IMG/VR virus record: IMGVR_UViG_3300022242_000023
Coordinates: 22,304-86,303 of that record
Strand: one strand, 5' to 3'
Length of the DNA: 64,000 nucleotides
From: a virus
Lineage: Duplodnaviria; Caudoviricetes
The position numbers and the translations under genes were made by a program. The number at the start of each line of letters is the position of its first letter. Within the stretch, counting starts at the first letter, position 1. Under the pieces are notes generated by a model, which saw nothing but the letters and a program-made list of their open reading frames with translations, made no database searches and was not told where the DNA came from. This document shows positions 16,115 to 29,700 of the stretch, piece after piece.

Positions 16115-19100
16115 TTTTCTTCTTTGTTAGATTTTTTATCAGGAAGGGCTATCATTGATTTAGATTCAGGATAATCAGTAGTACTTTTTGCTATAGGGAG
16201 TGCTGCAAGTTTTCCAACCATTTTAGCAACAAAACCTAAAGGAAAATTTGCAACACTATACCATTCTGTATCATTTATTAACTGGTTCTTAATATAAGTA
16301 TTCTTTCCTGATATACTTGTTGCAATTGAAGTCTTTTCTTTACCTAAAGCTTCATTTATATAACCTCCATACAAGTTTTCAAACCAACCTCTTACAAGAG
16401 GTATAGATTTAATGAAGTCCTTTTGAGTTTTTGAATATCCAGCATACATTCCAGATTTTACTTCAGTAGAACCAAACATTACTTCTGAAGCAATTACAAA
16501 AGGTAATGTGAATATATTGGCAAAATTCTTAAGTTCTTCTGCACCAGAAATAGGTTCATTTATATACCTAAGAATATCAGATGCTGATACTCTAGATTCT
16601 TGTTCCATCAATGCTCTTGTAGATAAATATACAAGATATTTTGTCCAAGGATCTTCATCATCGTCATCTCCTAGTATCATAGCATTAAGTACATAAGCTA
16701 ACATAAATGTCATACTTGTAGCTGCAGCCATAAGGCTTACTCTATAAAAACCTTCTTTAACTTCAGGTTCTGCATCTGTAAGCTTATCTCTTAATTCTAC
16801 CCATTTCATAGGATTTAACAATTGGATAACATTTCCATCAAAAGGATCTAAAAATGCCTTCCAATAACCTATTTCTTTCTCTTGAGTACCATAATTAAAT
16901 TGCTTACTTTTAAACCCTCTTTCTAACATTTGAAATAACCATCCAGTGTTAATAGTACTAAACTGGAGCATTACATCATTATATGCTTGACCTTTATCAA
17001 CATCCAAAGGTACACTATCTAACCTTGAAGCTATGATTTTTACTCTATTTTTGTAAAAAGCTATAGCTTCAGGTGTGACATAACTCTTATATGCCACTTT
17101 GCCGTTATTGCCATCCATGCCGTCATATAAAGTAGGTGCACTATCAAATTCATCAACATTACGGTTAGGATTCTGCTTAACAAACAGATCCCAGGATTGC
17201 TTAGTATAAAAATTACCGTCTATAAACCTAATATTATGAGCAGTAGCAATTAATGCTTCATATTTCAAGGCAACGTCAGCAAGTCTCCATCCTCCCCAAT
17301 CTACCATATTTTTATTAAATCTTAGAATCTTATTTCTATTAGTATCTTGAAAATTACGTTCAATACTGTCCACAAGTCCTATGTCTTGAGCAATTATTGA
17401 TATTTTAGACTGTTTAATAGGAGAATTTAGATCCTTGATTACATCAGCAGAATGCTTTATAAAGAATTCCTTTTTAGCAAAGAGATTAGATTCTTTAGTA
17501 TTATATTTACCTAATATAGATTCTATAGTGTTCTCAATCTGACCAGATATGTAACCTGTAATCATTGAAGGGATATTTCCTAATAATCTTTGATTTATTG
17601 TATACTTTTTAAGTGTAGAAGCAAATTTATGAAAAGCGCTTAAATGACCACCTTTATTAAACATTTCACCTTGAATAATAACCTTCTTCATATGCTCAAG
17701 CTTATGCAAAAGATAATCTTCAACCTCATCCTTACTCTTAAAGATATCAAAGATCTTATATAACCCCCCTTTTGGAACATGTGAGTCCTCTCTTTCTGTA
17801 TGTTTAGCGGCTTCTATTATACCATTTAACTCTGGAAGAACTTCCATGAATTCTCCATAATGATTAGACATTTCTGTGAACATAGATATACTTTTCACTA
17901 AATCCAAAGAAATGTTATCAGCTTCTTCTAATTTAGACAAAAATCTAATCCTTGGTCTATCTATAATTTCACTTTTTGTAGCAACTTCTATCCTATCAGC
18001 ATATAACAGATCATCCTCTTTTACAGTGAAAGTATCTGTAAATTTATCATATAAACCAGCACCTTTATTCTTTTGATATAAGATGTCCATATAAGACCTA
18101 GAAATCTGCGGTAAACGATTTACTAATTCATATGAGTAATTAAGTGGAAGTCTTTCTTGCGCCTTCTGATGAGCTTCCTTTAAAGCCTCAAGTACACTCA
18201 GAGCTTCAGGATTAGAAGTCTTAAGATTATTATACTGAGAACTTCTATAATCATTAGTTGGTATAGCAGCTCCAGTAATAGGATTTATGTTAGTAGAACC
18301 ATCTGAGGGTACAGATAACTCCCCTGTATAATAAGTAACTGTATAAGTTACATCATCTTCAATAATCTCTTTTACATGTACATTCTTGGCTAACCAGTGT
18401 TTAAACTGAGTTTTGCTCATGGAAGCTTGTCTTTTTGCTATAATATTAGTAGCATCAGGATGAGCCATTGTATTCTTGCTATACCAATCTGACCAAAGCT
18501 TATTATAAGTCTTTTCTAGCTCTTTAATATGCTTACCTAGAGGAGTTGTAGGATTATTATATCCAAATAACTCATCAATTTTCTTCTGTTCTGAAGGTAT
18601 TTTTACATTGAATCCAGCTTTCCTAGATATATCTTCTATCTTTTTGATTATATTTAAGGACCCTTCTTCTCTAGCTTTATTCCATTTTGTTATATTAAAT
18701 GGATTTAACCAGTAATGAGTAGGTTTACCATTCTCATCAAGCTCTTGGAATTCTCTAGCATCATACTTTTTACCAGCAATTTTCTGTAAAAGATCTATAG
18801 ATGATGAATTAGTTTTAGAATGGATAACATTTAGTACATCCATTAACTTTTTATTATAAATACCCAATAAGTCTTCTTTAGCATTTTGTGCAGCGCCCCA
18901 CTTGAAATTTAATATACCTATATTATATAGTTTAATGGTATCCTGACTAATCCTTCTCTCCAAATCAGGATTTATTCCTACATATTGTTTAAATAAGTTT
19001 TTAACCTGGTTAGAAGCTTCATTATTCATGAAATCCTGGATAGTACCCAGTTTAATCTTAGAAGCTTGTATTACTTTATTAAGTTTCTTATTGGCCTCTG

Positions 19101-20784
19101 GACTTAGTTCTTTGAAAGTATGATTATTAGTAAACATTCTATTCAAAGTCTCTACAATAGGAGCATATAGAGACAGAGCTTCAGTAAATCCATAATACTC
19201 TGATAATCCAAATTCTAACTGGTTATTCTTAATCTTCTGGATAGCATCTTGATAAGAATTCAGATCTTGGATAATACCTCCAACACCATCTCCATTAGGT
19301 CCAAAAAAGAACATGAATATTCCAGCTTCAAATTTCTCTTTAGAAATCTGAGCTTCAATAGATTTTATCCTATCATTAGTATCTTCTATCTTTTTGATGT
19401 TCTTTTCATCTAAAGCATCAGCTTTAATCAAAGCATATAGCTCTGTTAGATCAGCTAATCTTGTTTTTTCTGCAGGTGTAAGAGGTGTAGGAGAATTCTT
19501 TAATGTACTAATTTCAGTAGCTAACTGATTAAGATTAGAGATAGCTAATGAATTTGTTAAATCAATTTTCCTCCGTTTAAGTTCTTCATTATATAATCCT
19601 ATCTTCTTTTCAGCTAACTCTTGTTTCCTAGCTTCTAATTTATTAATTAGAGCCCTAGATAAGTTCTCTGAAAAATCAATATTATTAACTGTAATTTCTG
19701 TACCTAAGCCTAAACCTCTACTAGTTAAAGAAGACTGGAAAGAATCTGATCTTACTTCAGCTACAGATCTGTTTAATAAACTATTTAACTGATCAGTAAT
19801 ATCAGTTTTACTTACATTATGTGTTAAACGTATTTGCCTAAAGATCTTTCCTAGAACATAGTTTAATACTTTTTCTAATTGAGATAGTACTCTTTGAGAT
19901 AAAGATTCAGATCTTACTTGGTCATAAATAGCTTGTGCCATTAATTTACCTATGATCTCTTTATCCATCTTTTCTTGATCTCCCTTATATAGTTTATGAT
20001 AATGTCTAAAATTACGTTTATATGTTTCTGTCAATTTAAAATCTTCATCAACACCATTAGACTTTAGATCTCTTATATTTTTAAATATAGGTTGGTCCCA
20101 GAACATATCTGTAAGAAAGTGGAAAGCTTCTTCTGATAATGTAGTACCATCCTGATTATCTTTAGATACAGCTATTATATTGTTCAATAAGTCAGCAATA
20201 CCTATGTCAGTAATTTCTAACCCTGTTTTCTGTTTGTATCTTACTTTAAAGTCTTCTAGGTTTTCTACAGTTACACCTATCTTGGCTAAAATAGATTTCA
20301 TAAACTTGTTAAGCTTATGATTTACTTTCATCCTGTCCTTATCATGTTCTGTTTGATGCATGAACTCAGAGTCTTCATTTAATTCCTGCTCCATAAGAGC
20401 TCTGTCTCCATTAAAGAATTGAAGATCTCTACTAAAATCTACTGGAACAGGATTCTTCTCTGTTAACTTATTAAATTCATGTTCTACATATGCAGGATTT
20501 ACAAATACTTCTACCATTACAGGATTATACCTGTCTTTTTCAAAATATCTGGCTCTAACATTGTCTTTAAACTTTCTATTAATCTCCTCCATTTTAGACT
20601 TAGCAATATTTAAAGCTACTGTTCTTTTATCATTAGCTTTGTTATTTCTAACCTTCTGTGAGTTTTTTATATAAAATCTATTGTTAGTACCTTCTACAGC
20701 TCCATAAGTATATCTTTCTGCAATGAGTTCGTCATGCACTCTTTTTAAAATTCTATTCTTTATATCTAATCTACAAGGTTTCAT
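16111..20784 (-). CDS. Large putative virion-ejected protein (1557 aa) with degenerate zincin-like motif
   Basis: Adjacent to the giant RNAP gene; LSEEAFH at 20119-20133; coiled-coil middle; hydrophobic helices near the C-terminus. Confidence 0.6.
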   Translation of the reverse strand: MKPCRLDIKNRILKRVHDELIAERYTYGAVEGTNNRFYIKNSQKVRNNKANDKRTVALNIAKSKMEEINRKFKDNVRARYFEKDRYNPVMVEVFVNPAYVEHEFNKLTEKNPVPVDFSRDLQFFNGDRALMEQELNEDSEFMHQTEHDKDRMKVNHKLNKFMKSILAKIGVTVENLEDFKVRYKQKTGLEITDIGIADLLNNIIAVSKDNQDGTTLSEEAFHFLTDMFWDQPIFKNIRDLKSNGVDEDFKLTETYKRNFRHYHKLYKGDQEKMDKEIIGKLMAQAIYDQVRSESLSQRVLSQLEKVLNYVLGKIFRQIRLTHNVSKTDITDQLNSLLNRSVAEVRSDSFQSSLTSRGLGLGTEITVNNIDFSENLSRALINKLEARKQELAEKKIGLYNEELKRRKIDLTNSLAISNLNQLATEISTLKNSPTPLTPAEKTRLADLTELYALIKADALDEKNIKKIEDTNDRIKSIEAQISKEKFEAGIFMFFFGPNGDGVGGIIQDLNSYQDAIQKIKNNQLEFGLSEYYGFTEALSLYAPIVETLNRMFTNNHTFKELSPEANKKLNKVIQASKIKLGTIQDFMNNEASNQVKNLFKQYVGINPDLERRISQDTIKLYNIGILNFKWGAAQNAKEDLLGIYNKKLMDVLNVIHSKTNSSSIDLLQKIAGKKYDAREFQELDENGKPTHYWLNPFNITKWNKAREEGSLNIIKKIEDISRKAGFNVKIPSEQKKIDELFGYNNPTTPLGKHIKELEKTYNKLWSDWYSKNTMAHPDATNIIAKRQASMSKTQFKHWLAKNVHVKEIIEDDVTYTVTYYTGELSVPSDGSTNINPITGAAIPTNDYRSSQYNNLKTSNPEALSVLEALKEAHQKAQERLPLNYSYELVNRLPQISRSYMDILYQKNKGAGLYDKFTDTFTVKEDDLLYADRIEVATKSEIIDRPRIRFLSKLEEADNISLDLVKSISMFTEMSNHYGEFMEVLPELNGIIEAAKHTEREDSHVPKGGLYKIFDIFKSKDEVEDYLLHKLEHMKKVIIQGEMFNKGGHLSAFHKFASTLKKYTINQRLLGNIPSMITGYISGQIENTIESILGKYNTKESNLFAKKEFFIKHSADVIKDLNSPIKQSKISIIAQDIGLVDSIERNFQDTNRNKILRFNKNMVDWGGWRLADVALKYEALIATAHNIRFIDGNFYTKQSWDLFVKQNPNRNVDEFDSAPTLYDGMDGNNGKVAYKSYVTPEAIAFYKNRVKIIASRLDSVPLDVDKGQAYNDVMLQFSTINTGWLFQMLERGFKSKQFNYGTQEKEIGYWKAFLDPFDGNVIQLLNPMKWVELRDKLTDAEPEVKEGFYRVSLMAAATSMTFMLAYVLNAMILGDDDDEDPWTKYLVYLSTRALMEQESRVSASDILRYINEPISGAEELKNFANIFTLPFVIASEVMFGSTEVKSGMYAGYSKTQKDFIKSIPLVRGWFENLYGGYINEALGKEKTSIATSISGKNTYIKNQLINDTEWYSVANFPLGFVAKMVGKLAALPIAKSTTDYPESKSMIALPDKKSNKEEN

Positions 20785-20794
20785 ATTTTATATT

Positions 20795-23700
20795 TTATGC
20801 TTCTCTCGTAGGCCCACATGCTGTTTCATCTTCATCAAGTGCAGGAGGACCTTTAATTTCTAAATCATCAGGGAATTCTTGTGTTTTTTCAACAGGAGAA
20901 AGCTGCTCATTTAACTTTCTTAAGATTTCATTTTTAATTTTTATAATACCAGGAGAAGATAAAGTAAGTATTTCTTTACCAGCATCTTTAGCAGATATAT
21001 CTATAATTCTATTGTCTGTTAATACATAAACTTTCAAATCTCCATGTTCAACTTTTCTTAAAGGATTATATCCATGTTTAACTTGAAACATATTTATAAG
21101 TTTCTCATCTACTACCTCTACACCTTTTTCATCCCTTATAGTACCATTAGAGTATAATCCTAACTTTTGACCATTTACAATAATTTCTTTTTCAAGAGTT
21201 TCAACATTATCAGGTAAAATTTCTCTAATTTCATATTCTCTAGGTAATATAACATTGTCTGGAATTATGTTTTTAAGTTTTTCAAATAAACTTTTAATTT
21301 CTTCTATTGAATATCCAGCTAATGAACTTCCAAGTTTAGTTACTAAAAATTTCTTATTTGGATTAGCTCTAGCAAATAATATCATATTTTGTAACTCTTT
21401 ACCAATTTCTGATAAACTAGATGATTTTTCAACATCCCAATACTTTTTAGTTATTACTGCGTAAGATTGACCTTGCAACCCTTTACTTTGTCCTTGTATT
21501 GCTCCAAATTTCTGTTTAGCTAGTAAAGCAGCACCTGCGCCATGAGTAGGTTTTCCTCCTTTTGAACTACCTTCATTACTACCAAATACAAATATTTCAT
21601 TTGGTTTAAGAAATGTTATATTATCAGGGGTATATTCTCTGATTGTATTTACATCTTCTTCTAATTTAGGAACTTCATTTTCTGAAATTTCAATTTCTTC
21701 AGCTTTAATCTTATCATCTTGTTTGTATGTATTATTAACAGCTTTGGCAACACTATGTTCTGATTTAGTCTTTTCAGAATTGAGTTTATGATATTTCATC
21801 TTAAAATCTGGGTAGAAACTTTGTTCATCAGCTTTAAGATTAAAGTTCTTAAATGCTTTAGGATTACCATTTAATCTTTGTATTTCATATACTCCAGCAG
21901 GATTCTTCTTATACAATACTGGTAAAGTAGCATTTTCATAATATACTGTAGAATGTAAGTATTCAGGTAATGAATCACCTTCATTACTATATATGTCTAA
22001 GAGATTTTCGTTTATCGTAAAACTAATAGGTATTACACTCTTGCTTACTTCACCATTAAATTCATTAGTAAAACTTTCACTATATTCTTCTAAAGCTTCT
22101 ATATGATTTTGTATATCTACGTTTCTAGTATAGAAAGGATTTGTATATAAGATTCTTTCAGAAAGTTCTTTTTCTGACATGCTGTTCATTATATTTTTCA
22201 AATATTTAACAGGATTCTTAAATACATCTCTTACTATACTACCTTCTTCTGTAGAAGTATAAAAACTTACAGGTAACCACTGACTAAAAGAATCAATTGT
22301 AAATCTAAAACTAGAAGTAATTAATGAATATAAACCAAGATCTTTAGCTAAAGAAGATATTTCTTCATTAGGATCTTTCATCATCTTTTCCCATAAACTA
22401 GTTAAGTCTTCACCTTCTTCTCTACCAGGAGAAACAGCTCTACGTATTAATACTTCTTTTGTTACTTGCTCATACTTTAAAGCATTTAGAAAAGGTAAAT
22501 ATTCTTCATATAATTCTTTGAAATCAGATCTCTTCTTTAGATCAGCAAATCTTTTAGAGACATCTCTTATAAAGTCTTTACCTAATACTATAGAAGGACT
22601 CATTTGGAATATCATATTATATATATCCAAATCTAACATTTTCCTATCTGATTTTTTAAACTCATCTAGTTCTAAGAACTCTGCTAAATTTGATCTTATT
22701 TGTTCAAACTCTGGAGATAGGAAACTGAAATGTTCTTTCAAATTATTAGCCTGATCCATAGCTAACTGTATATACTTATCATTGAGTTTAAGTACAGATG
22801 CATTTTCTTTTGAAAATTCATAATTAGCTGTCTCAGGATTGAATATAATATTTGGAACAATTAGATCTAAACCTGAAATTACAGGATCCTCTTTTTCAAA
22901 GTACTTTTTAAGTAAAGAACGTATCTTATCAATTTTATTTAAGTTATCATACAGTGTAGGTCCAAATGCTGCATCAGTATCAAACTTAGTAGCAATCATT
23001 GCAGAAGTTAACTCGTCAGATATTTTAAAAAGCTCTTTAATTTTAACTAAAGCTACTATATCTGTAGTATTAGAATTATATTGAGTTAAACCTTTTTCAA
23101 AAACACTTCTTCCAGGATTTTTATCAAATTCTTGTTTGTAAAACTCTGTAAGAGGGAGATTTCTTTCTTTGGCAAAACTCTCTATTAACTTAGGAATAGT
23201 GGTAGTATAATCTAAGTTAGTATTTATATAAATAGTTAAATCTTTTACTATCTTCTGATTTAAGATTAACATTATATCTCCAAAAGGTATTCCTAACCTA
23301 AGAGCTGCCAATACCATAGAAACATTATTCCTGTCTATATTAAGTTTATCCATCAAAGGATTCTTAATATGTTCAGTAGATGCAAATAATATACTAGATA
23401 GAGATTCAGAAATAAATTTATTATTTCTATTTCTCATATTACTTAGACTAGAATATGTATGTTGTAAGAAAGTAAAAGGTTTACTTAATTTTAATCCTTC
23501 AATATTCTGTACTACTGCATGATGCTTATTATGAGAAGCAGCAATTCCAATTATCTCTCCACCCACAATAGCTTTGTTAGCTGCATATATTTGGTATATA
23601 GGATCAGATATATCCATAGGAACACTAGTATCTTCTAGAACTACTCCTTTATCTTCAAATGCTTTTATTTGATCTCTTAACATATCAGCATTACCACCTT

Positions 23701-26700
23701 TATGAAATTCTTCAGCAAAGTTTCTTGTCTGAGCAATCTTCTCATATATAGACATTCTAAGATTATGTCTAGCCATAGGAGTCTCCATTCCAGGAGGAAC
23801 CATTTCTATATTACTTATAGTAATATTATCTTTAATTCTTCTAAAACGTTCTGGCTCTCTTAAGAATTCTATAGCTTCTGCTTCTACTTCACTATTAGGT
23901 ATACCTCTGTTTAAAACTTTATTGAATAAAGCTTTTGCAGAACTATTATCATATTCTACAGTAAGAATTTCACCTGTATTTTCATTAAATAATTTCTTAT
24001 CAGCAAAAAAACTATTTAATTCATCAACTACATAACTGAAATCTCCTTTAGTTAATTCAAAAGCTTTGAATAATACATATAGTTTATCAATATCAAAGTC
24101 TAGCCCAGTAATTGTAGTAGCTTCTTTAGGTAATATAATTAAAGAATCTGAATAACTTGGTATTAGATATTTTATTTTAATAGGGTATATTGAATAATCC
24201 CCTTCAGTAGGAATTCTATAACCAAAAGCTTTTCGTAATTCATCTGTAGCTTCTTTACCTAATGCTTGTTCTATTCTTGTAAAATCTAAAAGACCTCTAT
24301 CATCAGCTAATAAAGCTAAAGCATAATTATAAGCTGGAACAGCAGCATCAATATAATCAATTACTGTTTCACCTTTTTCATTTGTTTTATAATGTATTTC
24401 AAGATTATCTTGGTAACTTTCTAAATCTGTAAATCCAACAGAAGAAGCATTTACAAAAGGAGCACCAGGAACTTTGTTATTTAAAGCTTTCTTAGTCTTA
24501 GAGTTGATTAGTTTAAGATTATCATCTATAGTCAAAGGAAAATTTAAAGGAATATTCAAATCTCCATCTTGGTGCTTGGATAAACTTTCTATTACAGACA
24601 TAGGTTTACCTTGCTCACTAGCTTGAGCTAATAATGTATTTCTTAAACTATCTGTATCTTTTAATGCCTCATTTAAACTAACTCTATTTTCATCTATATC
24701 TCTAGTAAAAGTTTCATCTAATACAGATCTAACTTGTTCTGGAGTCATTTTACCATAACCTTCTACCTCTACTTCTTCTTCAAGATTAGCTGGCATGATT
24801 ACTTTAAACTGAGATCCTTCTTCTATTTTACCTTGAAAGTGTTTTTCACTAGGAACAATGTTTTGTCTACCATACCCTTCCATAGAAGTTTCCACTACAG
24901 ATGCTAATATAGTATCTATGTCCATATTATCTATTGATTCTCTTTTGAGAACTTTAGAATTATCTCTATCAACTTTATTAACACTTTGAAAACTTATTCC
25001 ATCAATACCGTGTTCATGAAATAAATAAAGAATTTTAGCTAAGAAAGGTCTTCTATATTTTGAAAAATCAGTTTTGTCAGAAGGTTTTTCAACTTTAAAA
25101 TCTTTAGTTAACCATGCCATAGCTGGAGTAAGAGTATACTCTGAGTTCTTCTCTTGGAAAGGTCTTAATAATTCTCCAGACTCTTCTTGGTTAAAATAGT
25201 AAGGTTTTTGAACAGGGAAAACAAATTCTGCAGATTCACCATTCTTAATTCTTTCAGCAATTTCTATTTCACGATCAGAAATTTCATCAAATCCTCTCAT
25301 AACATCTACTGTAAAATCAATAGAGTTTATGGTTTGAGCATCTGTAATATTATGACCTTTATTATAGTCTCCAGCTAATTCAGGAAAGTCTTCTTTGAGA
25401 GTATCTAATTCATTACTTGGAATTAATATATCATCTACAGTTATCCTTCTCTTTTTTCTAGGAGTTCCATCTTTATATGTAAAGAGCGCATGTTGCTTAG
25501 GTGAATGAGCTTCTTTAAACCTCTTAAGAAAGTCTACTAATAAACTATTTTTATAATCAAAAGGTGCATCATCAGACTTATATGTACCATAAAAAGCAGG
25601 ATCTCCAGCTAATAAAGGTATTAACTGAGTATTATAATAATACTGATTAAAGAATTGAGTCTTTATATCACCTTCTAAGTCATCTTTAAAGCTAGAACTA
25701 CTATCATCTATTATATCATCAGTTTTAACAAGTTTTGAACCTTCTTTAACTAATACTCCATCCTTTACTAATTTTTCAGTATATGCTTCAAACTTTTTAT
25801 TTAAAACACTAGATATAAAACCTTCTAATCTTTCAGTGAGTTCTGGTCCTAATTCTACTCCGCCATTTGCTTTATACAATTCTATAATAGTATCCTTTTT
25901 AGAATTTAAAAAAGGTAATAGTATAAAATGTTTACCGTTTATGTTAAAGTTTCTGTAATTGGTTTTGTTATTTTCAAGATATATAATCCTATTTAATTCA
26001 GCATGCGCAGTTCTAACTAATTTATTTACTACGTCATCCAAGGATACTGTTGGAGCATTCATATACCCAGAAGATGTAGCATCAGAAAACGGAGGTAAAG
26101 CAATTACTATCTCCTTACCATTACTATTATACATTCTTTCTAATGCATAATTTAACTGCTGAGTAATTAGGTCATAATTAAAATACTTGTTATAAGTAAT
26201 TCCATTATATGTACCTTTTATACCTATACCATTATCATAATGAGGTTCAAATATCTCTATAGATTTGCTCAATAAAGCATCATATATAGGTAAGTCTTTA
26301 TGTAAGATCTTATTCTTAATTGTAGCTAAAGCAGATTTAGGACTTTCTTTAAACTTGTTAAAGAGAGTTGTCAAATGATTATTCATCTGATGAATATATT
26401 CAGCTTCACCTTGAACAGTTGTAATATTCATTACATATGATTGCTGATCATGTTTAGCTAATAAATCAGATACTTCTTTTATCTGTTGCTTTGTAAGTTT
26501 GCTTTCAATGACACTGAAAGGATTTTTACCTTCTTTAATTGCATTAAATACTGGTAGAGCATTAATGCTCAAGCTCTTGTTAGAGAATTCATTACTTTCA
26601 AGCTCTACAGCAATTTCTTGATCAATGTTATAACCTAAGAAAGTATATATACGTTCTATGTCTACAGCATTAAGAAGATTATTATTAGTAATACTATTCT

Positions 26701-29700
26701 CTAAGATCTTATAAATTTCTAAAAATTCTAATGAATCAAGTTCTTTATTTAAGAACATTATTTCAGCATGTCTCTTGAACATTTTCCATAAACCTTTCTT
26801 AGAAGAATTATGTACACGTATTCCTCTTCTACTTCTCTCTGTATTTATAAATACAATATTTCTTTGAGAACCAGTTATTAAGTATAAATTTTTAAACCAT
26901 TTACTCGCTGAAAGTTTATATACATATTCAGGATCATATTTCTTACTATTCTTATCTAATTTTTCTACATTAATATCTTCTCCTGATTGTAGAATCTTTT
27001 TACCTACTAATTCATTCTTAATTTTCTCAACTAATGTATCTGCATAATCCTTTGTCTTAGCTAAGTCTATTAACTTTAACATGGTTTGTTCAGGAGATGA
27101 TCCTGAAAGTTTATTCAATAATCTATTAAATAGTACATCAAAGTTATGATATATCTTAGCTCCTGTTTTAGGATCTATTTTATCAACATAATGACCTAAT
27201 TCTCTTTCTCTTACAGGAATTAAAGACATTAATTCTCTAATTTTACCTTTAACATTTGTCTTAGGATTCACATTAGTATCTCTAATTAATGTAGTTTTCT
27301 CATCAAATTCATTTGCATCTTGAGTAATTTGAACTCCAGCACTATATAAGTTATTCATATATTGTGCTATATACAACTGAAGTTTAAGAAGATCTTCTTT
27401 ATTTTCTAATATATTCTTTAATTCACCGTAGTTTTCTAATTGTTCAGGACTGTTATGTTTCTGGAACCAAAGATCAATATAAGTAGGTAATTCATTAAAA
27501 AACTCTTTATTAAACTGAGATTTATTACCAGATTCTATAATAGCATTGTATGTATAGTATTGAGCTATATTAGTTTTTTTACCATCTTTATTAATAGTAT
27601 TTGATTTAAAAGTTCTAACTGCCAGATGTACTAAGTTCTGTGCTATAAATTTAGCATGTTCACGTATCTGTTTTATATTTGAAACTTTGAACTTTCCTTG
27701 ATGTAATAATCTAGCAAAGTTTTCAGAATAGTTTTTATTGAAAGCATTAGTTCTCCCCCCAAATATACTTCTACCAAATATATTTCTATCTAATTGATAA
27801 AATAAATCTTCTACAGATATCTTAGTAGTAAAGTAAGGTTTTAATTGTTGATAACTATCGTATATAAAATTATATAATGAATCTAAAAATTTAGCAATCT
27901 TAGGATATTTCTTTTTAAAATTCTCAGAAACAAATCCATCAGTAGCTTTATAAGTCTCAAATAATTCTGCTAACTTTTCTTCTAATCTAATTAAAGGATT
28001 TTGTTTTTTGTAATATTCTTCTTCTGATTTTAAACGTATAGCACTTTGATCTCTATTATTATCAATAGTTATTTCATTCCAAGTATTACCATGCTCATCA
28101 GTAACCTGTTTTACATTATCTTTACCATAAGTTTTATTAAGAATATTACTTACTGTATTTTCATAAAAATTATAAATAGGTTTTAATGCACCAAATCCTT
28201 CCTTATCAATTCTTTCAAGTTCTTGTTTAAGTTGGTTTATTTCAACTTTTGAATCTTCTTGTTTAGTTTTAATATATTGATTGTAACTTTTTACAACTAA
28301 TTCTTCATTAGCTTTTTGCTGATTAAAACTTTGATTACCTGTTTGATATTGAATTAACCATTCTCCACTTCTCCCATCTAATTCTACTGTTTCTCCTTTA
28401 TTATCTCTGAATTGAAAATACCTTAAATAGGTAGGTTGTTTTATTTCAGAAGAATTAGTAATAGTATTGAAATCTTTTTCAAGTTCTTTAATCCTATCTT
28501 CTTTTTGTTTCTTAAACTCTTCTAAAGTAGTATGCCCTTCAACTTTACTAGCTGTATTACCAGTAGGAAACAAAACTTTTTCATATCCTTTTTTAGCACT
28601 ATCTTGTATGATAGATTTAACAAAGAATGTTACCCAATTATTATCTTTGTTTAATAGTTGTAGAAATTGATTAGATTTAATATTTTTTCTTTTTTCTATA
28701 ATTTCTTCTATTGTATTACCATCTACATTTTGGTATTCTTCAGAATACTCATTTATTAAATTATCTTTATCTCTACCTTTCTGAAATAAATCAGATTGTA
28801 CTTCAAGTATTCTACGAGTTTTAGTATTAGTTCCTTTTTGTATATAACCTTTAACCCCATATTGATTATCATATATAGCATATATATCAGTATCATTTAA
28901 ATCTGCTCTTTCATGTAAAGAACCGTCACTATCTAAATATTTCCAAATATTATTCTCTTTAAACCATTTTCCATTTTCATCATTAAATGAATTTGGGTAA
29001 TCCTTAGATGTTATATATTCTTCATCACTTCTAAACCAACCAATACCTTTATCAGTACTAAATTGAGCATGACCTTTAATAGAAGGAGTAATAGCTCCTT
29101 TTCTTACAGTTTTAGTATTAGATTTAATAAAGCTTTTAAACCCTTCTATATCTTGTTTAGAACCTAATATATGAATTTGTTCTGGTTCAAATACTACGAA
29201 TTGAGCTACTCTTGAAGGAGTTATAATACCATCAAATCCTTTTTCTTGTAATTTTTTTGAAAAAGGAATTAAACGAGAATCTTCTTCTAATAATTCTTTA
29301 TCGCTAAATCCTAATCTTTTACCTTCATAATATCTTTCAGACCATTCTTGTTCTTGTGGTGTGAGTTTATATGTAGTTCTTGGATTACTTGGGTTTTTAA
29401 TATCTAAAATAGCAGTATATAATTCTCCATATCTTAAAGCTTCTTCTTTAATATTTGTAAAATAAAACCCATCACCTATTTCAAAATGAACTATTTGTTT
29501 AGAAGAACCTATATAATTTTTATTAAAACTATTATTTATAGGTATAGGACTATTTATTGAAACATTATTTTCAAATAATGTTATTCCATTATCATTTAAA
29601 ATAAGTCCTATTCCTGCACCTATTATCTTGTTTTTACCTTCATATATTTGTACTCCTATATGCCAATTATTATTAGATACTTTTTCAGCCTTTAATATTT

